Shown here: piece after piece, positions 56,699 through 64,000 of the stretch
Numbering within the stretch: the stretch's first letter is position 1
Layout of the letters: the number at the start of each line of letters is the position of its first letter
Virus genome (UHGV): UHGV-0277504
Direction: 5' to 3' (one strand)
Origin: a virus
Length of the DNA: 64,000 nucleotides
Made by a program: the position numbers and the translations under genes
The notes under the pieces: generated by a model
Told to the model about the DNA's origin: nothing
Seen by the model: the letters and a program-made list of their open reading frames with translations, nothing else
Databases searched by the model: none

Positions 56699-57424
56699 TT
56701 AAATAGATATTCCAGCTTGTTCCATAGCTTCTTTAAATTTTTTGTCTTCTTCATTTAAATCTAGACTTTGATAGAATTCTTTTTCCTTTTCTTCTAATCT
56801 TTGTAGTACTTGTTCGTGTTGCTCCTCAGGAATAAATTCTAATAATACTTCTGTCATAGCTGATTCTCTAGCTGTTTGTTTAAGCATAAGCTCTTTTAAC
56901 CCAATATAACTTAAGCCTTTTAATTCCCCATTAGTTATCTTATTCTTTGTTTCTATTGCTCTTATCATTAAAGCTGGGTCTAATGTATCTACCCATTTTA
57001 AACCTTCTCTACCTTTATAAATAATTTCATCTAATATCTGAGCGTCATTATATATTTTCTCAGTATAACTTTTAGCTTCTTCAAAACTAGGTGCAATTTC
57101 TTGACCTTTATAACTCACCTCTTTATCAGATATATCATCTACAGAGGTTTTCTTTCTCTTATCTATAAGCTCTCCTAAATCCCAACCATTTTGAATAGCT
57201 TCTCTTCTTTTGTTTTTATATCTTGATAAAGATGGTTTAGATATGTCTAAGTCATACTCTTTACATATATCTATAATATCATCGAAACTCATATCTTCAT
57301 CTAAAGCATTATCTACTTTAGTTCTTAATAATTTATTGTGATATAGCTTAGAGAGTATACTCTCTTTTTTTTCAACAACTTTAATAGTGTCTTTTTTATT
57401 TTTTAAATTTTTCTTTCTAGCCAT
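56699..57424 (-). CDS. hypothetical basic/HTH-like protein
   Basis: ORF track. Confidence 0.5.
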   Translation of the reverse strand: MARKKNLKNKKDTIKVVEKKESILSKLYHNKLLRTKVDNALDEDMSFDDIIDICKEYDLDISKPSLSRYKNKRREAIQNGWDLGELIDKRKKTSVDDISDKEVSYKGQEIAPSFEEAKSYTEKIYNDAQILDEIIYKGREGLKWVDTLDPALMIRAIETKNKITNGELKGLSYIGLKELMLKQTARESAMTEVLLEFIPEEQHEQVLQRLEEKEKEFYQSLDLNEEDKKFKEAMEQAGISI

Positions 57425-57761
57425 AATATAATATTTCCTTTCTAATGTAAAAGTATGTAATTAGTTACATATATGAAACGTAGTTACAATTAATAAAACA
57501 ATCCCTTTACATCAACTTATTTCAGTCCACATTATATAATATATCACAATTTCTGTTATTATTTTATATCATTATAAGTATTTATAAAAAATATATACAA
57601 TTTTGTAGTAAATTTTATTTGTAAAACACTTTAATTTAGCTATATTTAATTGAAATACAGAGTTGTTTTTCATAAAAATTCATTTTATGAATATTATTTA
57701 CCTGCATTTTTTACTACTACTTACTTTACTTTTTAATAAAAGAAACTATTTAAATATACAC

Positions 57762-58262
57762 TTATTCTGCATAAATTCTCTCTGCTTCTGCTTTCATTTC
57801 CTCTACAAATGAATCATCTTCATAAGCTTCTTTAGTAAAGAAAACGATTGGCTCTTCAGCTACACCATTTTGATATTCATAAACATCATCCATAGCTACT
57901 TTAGAATACTTTTGATAGTAGTTAACCATGAATGTAGGTAAGTTAGCTAAAACATTATCTCCAAATAGACCAAATAAAACTACAATAAGACTATTCCCTA
58001 ATAAAGGAAAAGCAAAAATTAAATTATAAAGTGCATAAATAAATACAAAAAACCCAATAACTCTAAGGAATGGAATACTAAATACAATTCCTGAAATCAT
58101 AAACCAGTTAATAAATCTTACTCCTGCATCTACTGAAGCTGTTCTCAATGCTTCAGTTCCTTCAAACGCTTCTTTACCATTCAACATTAATGAATCTAAT
58201 ACTCTTAATCCTTTAATGCCTAAAAACCAAATTACTCCTAAAATAATAATTCCTAATAACAT
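57762..58262 (-). CDS. polytopic membrane protein
   Basis: ORF track. Confidence 0.5.
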   Translation of the reverse strand: MLLGIIILGVIWFLGIKGLRVLDSLMLNGKEAFEGTEALRTASVDAGVRFINWFMISGIVFSIPFLRVIGFFVFIYALYNLIFAFPLLGNSLIVVLFGLFGDNVLANLPTFMVNYYQKYSKVAMDDVYEYQNGVAEEPIVFFTKEAYEDDSFVEEMKAEAERIYAE

Positions 58263-58345
58263 AATAACAAAATCCCTTCTCTTTTTTTATTTATTGTTTC
58301 TATAGTTATACTATAATACAAAGAGAGGGGATTGTCAACAGTTTT

Positions 58346-59191
58346 TTAGAAAAAAATTGATAATTTTTTATTATTTTTTAAGGTAATTTCAAAAGTGTAC
58401 CTGTTATCTTCTTTAATAACTTTAGAATAAGATATATCATTAGTTTTAAATGATAAAAATGATTGACCGCAAGCTATAGAATATCTACTAGTATTATCTG
58501 ATACAATAAATATTCCTGTTTCATTGGTATTATATAAATTATAAGTAATAGAGCCATCATCAAAGAATACACAAGGTATTTCTTTATTGATAATTCTTCT
58601 CTCTAATAGGAAATCAAGTAGTTTTTCCGTATCTACTTTTGTTAATTTATCTTTCTTTGATAGCATACCTAATAATGTTTGTCCTTCATACTCTTTAAGT
58701 GTTGTCAATAAGTAAACCTCGTGTTTAAAGTCTATAATTTCTTCTTCAATTTTATATAATTTTAATTTAATATCTTTAGCAAGTGTAATTGTAGCTTCTG
58801 AAATTTCAGGCTCAATAAATAAGTTTTCTACATCAATAGCTTTAACTTGACTTACTTGAGTTCCTTTTAAAATCATATCTGTAAGAAGTCCAGGGTCTTT
58901 TACACCTTGGTCTATTTGGTCTACTTTAACACTTCCTAATCCTGAAGATTCTAATGATTTATTGTATCTAATAATATTAGGTTTATCGTTATCATGAACA
59001 ATTAATCTATTGATAAATTCAAATCTATTACCTTTTTCAAATGTTACGTCTTCAATGTAAGGCTCAGGTATAACACCAATAGGATAATCTTTATCATGAT
59101 AAGTAATACCTAGTAGTTCAATTTCTCCGTTTTTCATTTTATTATATAATGTCTCAGGTTTAATCTTTTTAAATGTGTTGGTTGTTAACAT
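58346..59191 (-). CDS. hypothetical protein
   Basis: ORF track. Confidence 0.5.
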   Translation of the reverse strand: MLTTNTFKKIKPETLYNKMKNGEIELLGITYHDKDYPIGVIPEPYIEDVTFEKGNRFEFINRLIVHDNDKPNIIRYNKSLESSGLGSVKVDQIDQGVKDPGLLTDMILKGTQVSQVKAIDVENLFIEPEISEATITLAKDIKLKLYKIEEEIIDFKHEVYLLTTLKEYEGQTLLGMLSKKDKLTKVDTEKLLDFLLERRIINKEIPCVFFDDGSITYNLYNTNETGIFIVSDNTSRYSIACGQSFLSFKTNDISYSKVIKEDNRYTFEITLKNNKKLSIFF

Positions 59192-59622
59192 TAAGAATCC
59201 TTCCTTTTATTTGTTTGTTTTCTAATTTTAAATATAAAAATTAGATGTGTACTTTTAAATGTTCTTTGCTCTCTAATACTTAGTTTTCCTATTAGTAAAC
59301 CACCTTTATGAACATAATAAAGTCTATCAGTATGTGTTATTTCTTGGTTTTTATATTTCTGTTTTAAGCTTAACATATTTTCATTTATACCTGTGGCTTT
59401 ACTAATTAAATCAATACCATATTTTTTTTGTAATTTAACATCAGTTGAAGATATATTATTAAACTGTTTAGTAAATAGTAATTTATACATAGTTGTTGAT
59501 TTATCTTTGTTAGGGTCTCTATGATTGTAAAACTTTGTATTCCCTGGTGATGGTGTAGGTGCAAAGTTAACTGGCATAAGTTTTGCTTTTCTTCTTTTAT
59601 TCATTGATAGACTCAACTCCAT
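59191..59622 (-). CDS. hypothetical basic protein
   Basis: ORF track. Confidence 0.45.
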   Translation of the reverse strand: MELSLSMNKRRKAKLMPVNFAPTPSPGNTKFYNHRDPNKDKSTTMYKLLFTKQFNNISSTDVKLQKKYGIDLISKATGINENMLSLKQKYKNQEITHTDRLYYVHKGGLLIGKLSIREQRTFKSTHLIFIFKIRKQTNKRKDS

Positions 59623-60346
59623 TTTTTACTACATTAAAGAAGTCTTCTTCAATAACTTTCCATCTATCATTATAACCATAAATAACTACCCTTGTAAATA
59701 ATTTATAGGTATTTTCTTCTCCTAAGTATTTTATTATTTGATTAATAACTGAGAATTTTTTCATTCTTTTAGATTGTGTTGTTTGAGAGAAGTTACCTGC
59801 TCCGCCTGTGTATCTACCATTCTTATTATAGTTATATCCTGAACGGAAAGTAAAAGGGTCTCTTATTTGTTTTAACATTATTAATAAGTTATGTTTCCAT
59901 AGAATATTAAGTGTATGGTATGGGCTTCTCTGAGGTGATATAGTTGCCTTTTTGTATTTACCTACAATAGGTTTACCTTTAACATTTATATAGCTTATAA
60001 TACCTACATGGTGGTGTTTATATCGTTTTAGTATTTGTTCTACTTTAGGTACATGCTTATCATGACACATAATATATACGTATTTACATACTTGACTATA
60101 ATAATGTAGTTGTTTATTAAGTCGTTGTGTAGAATCTCTCTCTGTTTTTATCTCGATACCCATTACAGTACCATTTCTATCTAATACTAGACAATCAGTT
60201 CTACATTTACCTTGACAGATTACTTTCTCATTAAATATAGCAATGTCCTTAACATCACTTGTAATATCATCATCATAAAAAAGGTGTTGTTTAGTTTTTA
60301 TTAGGTCTTTTATATCTTTCTCATAAAATTTAACTTCAGAAGACAT
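59597..60346 (-). CDS. possible PD-(D/E)xK nuclease-fold protein
   Basis: TDCLVLDRNGTVMGIEIK D...EIK core; weak. Confidence 0.4.
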   Translation of the reverse strand: MSSEVKFYEKDIKDLIKTKQHLFYDDDITSDVKDIAIFNEKVICQGKCRTDCLVLDRNGTVMGIEIKTERDSTQRLNKQLHYYSQVCKYVYIMCHDKHVPKVEQILKRYKHHHVGIISYINVKGKPIVGKYKKATISPQRSPYHTLNILWKHNLLIMLKQIRDPFTFRSGYNYNKNGRYTGGAGNFSQTTQSKRMKKFSVINQIIKYLGEENTYKLFTRVVIYGYNDRWKVIEEDFFNVVKNGVESINE

Positions 60347-60875
60347 TTAATCTATCCTCTTTCGTTTTTTTATAATATTCTACTACACTCTCTAAAGGTG
60401 TATAGGAATTAAACCATTTAATGTTAGATAAGCCAATAAAAACACCTGTATATTTACCATGCTCAACAACTATACCATCTTTTTGTGTCATTTTTTTATT
60501 ATCTGGTTGTCTTTCAAAGAACCCTTTTCCAGTCTCACCTGTTACTGTGTCTCTACCTAACGGAATCACAGTAGCTATGAATATAGGTTCTTCTTCTACT
60601 TTCTTAGGTGTAACTTTCTTAGGTAATCTGCTTTTAATAATATTACTAATTGTTGTTCCTCCAGGTATTGTTTTTCTATATTCTTCAATTCTATATTTTT
60701 TAACTGGATTATCTATATTATTAACATCATGTACATTATATACAATAACATATTCTGATAAATCTTCTTCTATGTGTTCTACTATATAAACAGGTTTACC
60801 ATCAAAATAATAAGCTCCTATACTTACCCTCATTTTTATTGATGGACTATCAAATGCACTAAAATTAAAATCCAT
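60336..60875 (-). CDS. hypothetical protein
   Basis: ORF track. Confidence 0.5.
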   Translation of the reverse strand: MDFNFSAFDSPSIKMRVSIGAYYFDGKPVYIVEHIEEDLSEYVIVYNVHDVNNIDNPVKKYRIEEYRKTIPGGTTISNIIKSRLPKKVTPKKVEEEPIFIATVIPLGRDTVTGETGKGFFERQPDNKKMTQKDGIVVEHGKYTGVFIGLSNIKWFNSYTPLESVVEYYKKTKEDRLNVF

Positions 60876-60939
60876 TCTTCATCAGTTCCTTCTTTTCTTT
60901 TTATTATACCATATAATTAAAGTAGAAGCAAATATGCCT

Positions 60940-61278
60940 CTACTTTTTCTTAATTAACTTAGCTTGAATAAAAGACATAATCAAGGTAGTAATTAATCCT
61001 ACAATAAGGTATCCTACTATAAATATAACACAATATAGTATTAAGAACCAAATATTAGTAGGTTGAATAAAATTATCAGAAAAAAAGCTAATTACTAATA
61101 AAAATATAAAACCAAGTAACCAATTAAGTAACGGGTAGTAATAATCAAAGTTATTAAAAGCTGGATAGCCAGCTTTTACTCTTTCTTTTTCAACCGACCA
61201 TTGTTGAAATAAAGTAGCGACTGTATTTATTGTAACTAATATCATAGTAGATATTAGTATAGATAAAACATAATTCAA
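60940..61278 (-). CDS. polytopic membrane protein
   Basis: ORF track. Confidence 0.5.
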   Translation of the reverse strand: MNYVLSILISTMILVTINTVATLFQQWSVEKERVKAGYPAFNNFDYYYPLLNWLLGFIFLLVISFFSDNFIQPTNIWFLILYCVIFIVGYLIVGLITTLIMSFIQAKLIKKK

Positions 61279-61290
61279 AATTAATCACTC

Positions 61291-62556
61291 CTAATCTAAG
61301 AACACTGTTTTAATGTCTATATTCTTAGTCCCCTCTTCTAACACTAATATTTGTTGAGAAGGTTTTGTCTTACTTAAGTGTAATTCTTTAGCATAGTTAT
61401 TATAGCCCATTGGAGAGCTGGCAACAATATGAAATCTGTTATAATCTTCTTGTGTTATTCTATGATGATGTACATGTCCTGTAATAAGCAAATCAATATG
61501 TGAATCTGTAATAAATTTAGGAATATGATTACCTTTTCCTTTAAGTCCATCACCATGATTAACTACAATTTTTTTACCTAAAATTGTATCTCTAATATTA
61601 TAAATATCTTCCCTATTATCAATAAGCTCAATATCTTTTAATACGCCTTGTTGTTTTAACATAAGTAGCATATCTAGTACTACAAACGCTACATTATCAT
61701 TATAAACTTTTTGATTTTTATTACCTTGCATACGGTCATGATTACCACCAATAATACCGAATGTTAATTTACCTGGTACATATTGTCTAATATTATTTAA
61801 AATATCTATAATTAATCTAGTTCCTTTAGAAATTTGTTCAGCTAAAGTAAATTCTGTCTCAAATGCTTGGTTAACATCTCTCATAGATATATGTTCTACT
61901 AAATCACCTACAAAGTATACTGTAACATCTGTAATATCTTTACTTTCAATATCTTCAATAACTGTCTCTAAAAATTGGTTAAGTCTACGTTTTAGTATAT
62001 TAAAGTCGTAACCACCATTAGTATAATCAGATGTCAAAGCACCAATATGAAAATCTGACAGTAAAACTACCATTGATTTTTCTTTTTCTGTATTTACATA
62101 ATTATAAAACTGACTTTCTAATAATGTATTCATAGGTTGTAAATCTCTAATTATAGATTTCTTTAAATCTTCCATTAAGATATTAATATGTGCACCTTGT
62201 TTAGCATACTTACGAAATTCTCTTTGTTGTGATAGTGTACGCTCATTCTCAGTAACATATGTTGAAACAGTTTTAAAATAATCGTTACCTGTAAATACTT
62301 TTCTATCATCTACACTTCTTAAGTCACCTAAACCAAGTTCTCCAGATAAAGCTGAGTTTTTAAGACTGTTTAAATACTCATTCTCTCTAACTGTGTCTAC
62401 AATATCAACAAATTCTGAAGAATTTACTTTATCTAATCCTAATTCTTTAATAATTTTATTAAATTTAGTTAAAACTATTTTACCTTCTTCTTTTCCTAGA
62501 ACTCCGATAACAATAGCATATAACTCTTCTACTGTATTAAATCTACTTTCTGTCAT
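61291..62556 (-). CDS. calcineurin-like metallophosphoesterase (SbcD/Mre11-like motif set)
   Basis: LLSDFHIG, GDLVEH, GGNHD, GHVHH. Confidence 0.6.
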   Translation of the reverse strand: MTESRFNTVEELYAIVIGVLGKEEGKIVLTKFNKIIKELGLDKVNSSEFVDIVDTVRENEYLNSLKNSALSGELGLGDLRSVDDRKVFTGNDYFKTVSTYVTENERTLSQQREFRKYAKQGAHINILMEDLKKSIIRDLQPMNTLLESQFYNYVNTEKEKSMVVLLSDFHIGALTSDYTNGGYDFNILKRRLNQFLETVIEDIESKDITDVTVYFVGDLVEHISMRDVNQAFETEFTLAEQISKGTRLIIDILNNIRQYVPGKLTFGIIGGNHDRMQGNKNQKVYNDNVAFVVLDMLLMLKQQGVLKDIELIDNREDIYNIRDTILGKKIVVNHGDGLKGKGNHIPKFITDSHIDLLITGHVHHHRITQEDYNRFHIVASSPMGYNNYAKELHLSKTKPSQQILVLEEGTKNIDIKTVFLD

Positions 62557-62558
62557 AA

Positions 62559-63308
62559 TTAATTCCCTTCTTTAATAAATTTCATTGTATTTTTTGCTAG
62601 TCGATTGACTGAACTAGGTATAAATGTACTAAACACATTTGTCTTATCATTATAACGTATATCAAACACTTCTGTCAAGTAATTTTTATCAACATTTTTA
62701 CAATGAAATGTTATTAAGTCATTAGTTGACCGTGTTTGAGATGTTATAACAACCACACCAGTATTTCTTTTCCTTAAAATTCTATGAGCTAATACATATT
62801 TATAGATAACATCATTCTCGTTTAAGAAAAAGAAATTATTACCACCATCAACAACCCTATCTAACATCATTGAAATATAAACTTCATCTATATTAAGTTC
62901 TTTTTCTACTTGTGTGTAATTTATTTCTTCTAAGTTAATAAAGTTAAAATAGTTAGTAAAATCTCTAGCTATACTTAACCACTTATCATCTTTTATATCT
63001 AATAAAATCATAAGTTGTTTTAATAGACTTAAGTGCTGTTCTTCTTTAGTTACAGTAATAAAATTATCTGGGAATAATCCTATGTTACTTACATAATAGA
63101 TACTACCTTTTAAGTATTGAGTATCTATATTTTTATAAATATAACCTACAAAAATAACATCTTCATCTTCTACACTTTCAAAAGAAACACGATTTATGTC
63201 TGTTTCATACTTTATCTTACTAATACCTTGAATATTTTCTTTGAAAAACTTATCTACTATATCCTTCTCAAGTATTAAAGGGTTAATAAAAATATACACT
63301 CTTACCAC
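62559..63308 (-). CDS. hypothetical protein
   Basis: ORF track. Confidence 0.5.
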   Translation of the reverse strand: MVRVYIFINPLILEKDIVDKFFKENIQGISKIKYETDINRVSFESVEDEDVIFVGYIYKNIDTQYLKGSIYYVSNIGLFPDNFITVTKEEQHLSLLKQLMILLDIKDDKWLSIARDFTNYFNFINLEEINYTQVEKELNIDEVYISMMLDRVVDGGNNFFFLNENDVIYKYVLAHRILRKRNTGVVVITSQTRSTNDLITFHCKNVDKNYLTEVFDIRYNDKTNVFSTFIPSSVNRLAKNTMKFIKEGN

Positions 63309-63565
63309 TCCATTCTAGCATATAAATATCCTTTTGATTCTTTATCTAGTCCTAAATTATCTTTACCATATTCTAGTACTCTATAACCATAAATATTTAG
63401 ATAGTTTTGTATTGCGTTCATTTGACTTTGCACATTAACAGTAGCTACTGAAACTGTATCAAACTTAACAGCTACAAACTCTTCTTTATTTTCCATAAGT
63501 CTTTTTACTTTAACATGGTCGTCTGGGTTTCTAAGTAGAATAATATTCTCTTCTTTTATCATCAT
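63302..63565 (-). CDS. hypothetical protein
   Basis: ORF track. Confidence 0.45.
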   Translation of the reverse strand: MMIKEENIILLRNPDDHVKVKRLMENKEEFVAVKFDTVSVATVNVQSQMNAIQNYLNIYGYRVLEYGKDNLGLDKESKGYLYARMEW

Positions 63566-63623
63566 TTACACCTCTCTATATTTATTACAATTAATACTAT
63601 AACATATATGTATATATTTGTCA

Positions 63624-63654
63624 ATAAAAAAAGACTAGGAATTTAATCCTAGTC
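63624..63654 (-). terminator. rho-independent terminator GACTAGGATTAAATTCCTAGTC + T-tract (minus)
   Basis: same hairpin family as 7161 and 27422. Confidence 0.65.
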
Positions 63655-63667
63655 TAAAAAGCGGTAT

Positions 63668-64000
63668 ATTATTGAGGTTTTTCTTCTGCATTAACATCTG
63701 CTGTTGTATCTTTAGGGTCTACAGATACGTCTACATCTACGTCTGAACGTGACTCAGAAGGTTCTGAAGTATCTCCTTGCCCTTCACTTTGGTCGTTATG
63801 ACGTACGTCTTCACGAGCATTTCCTGTTGGATAACTTGAAATTAAATCTTCGTTTGCACGACCTTTTTTATCTTCTGTTTTATCAGCATCTGATTGTTCT
63901 ACGTCTTTAACTTCAAGTACGTCTTCTTTCTCATTAGTAATAAAGACGTTATATACTCCTAAACAGAATCTATCTTCAATAAATGCTAAGAACGCTTGTA
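63668..64000 (-). CDS. partial CDS (C-terminal part; gene continues beyond right edge), acidic tail ...DVDVDVSVDPKDTTADVNAEEKPQ
   Basis: open minus-strand frame from window edge to TAA at 63668-63670; higher GC and non-AT-biased codons. Confidence 0.45.

Noticed and set aside
2316-62575. Other antisense ORFs from the track (2316-2612, 5435-5665, 11145-11345, 12983-13297, 18015-18388, 20415-20597, 26438-26638, 29723-30036, 36805-36996, 37445-37633, 41364-41564, 42553-42855, 44512-44718, 45282-45783, 47562-47762, 50002-50304, 51405-51653, 52203-52472, 53639-53830, 54480-54713, 60421-60789, 62393-62575)
   Set aside because: All lie fully inside stronger ORFs on the opposite strand, lack an SD and have low-complexity composition.

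Overview
AT-rich (~28-30% GC) stretch of a large virulent phage genome. The CHAP + amidase_2 + SH3b endolysin with a LysK-like motif pattern, the holin immediately upstream and the low GC point to a Staphylococcus myovirus of the Twort/K-like (Herelleviridae) type. This assignment is inference, not a database hit.

Architecture:
- 1..21926 is a rightward (+) block: Bro-N antirepressor-like gene, holin, intron-split endolysin, XRE HTH regulator, RNase H, PhoH, three consecutive DNA methyltransferases, HNH homing endonuclease, nucleoside 2-deoxyribosyltransferase, MazG, secreted transglycosylase.
- It converges on a bidirectional terminator at ~21946-21976.
- 21959..63565 is a long leftward (-) block of ~90 mostly small early-type genes.
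- The leftward block is interrupted by two small + strand islands at 28859..29313 and 31847..32805.
- Many sigma70-consensus TTGACA-17-TATAAT promoters and rho-independent terminators are readable by eye.

Stand-out items:
1. An ~820-nt promoter-to-terminator non-coding structured transcript at 3128..3985.
2. A second ~350-nt structured ncRNA candidate at 19287..19670.
3. A TnpB-like (OrfB) protein at 52211..53443. It lacks the zinc-finger cysteines and has no IS ends or TnpA, so it may be a domesticated RNA-guided protein.
4. A 778-aa kinase-phosphatase-ligase (bacterial Pnkp-like RNA repair enzyme) at 47674..50010.
5. A repeat-rich non-coding hub at 29340..30125 with iterons, a palindrome, a GC-richer core with its own leftward promoter and 27-bp tandem repeats.
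6. An ORF-less group I intron splitting the endolysin gene.
7. A clustered MTase x3 + HNH cassette.
8. An array of cloned early promoter cassettes with a conserved 5-prime leader hairpin.

All functional calls are from motif recognition by eye. No searches were run.
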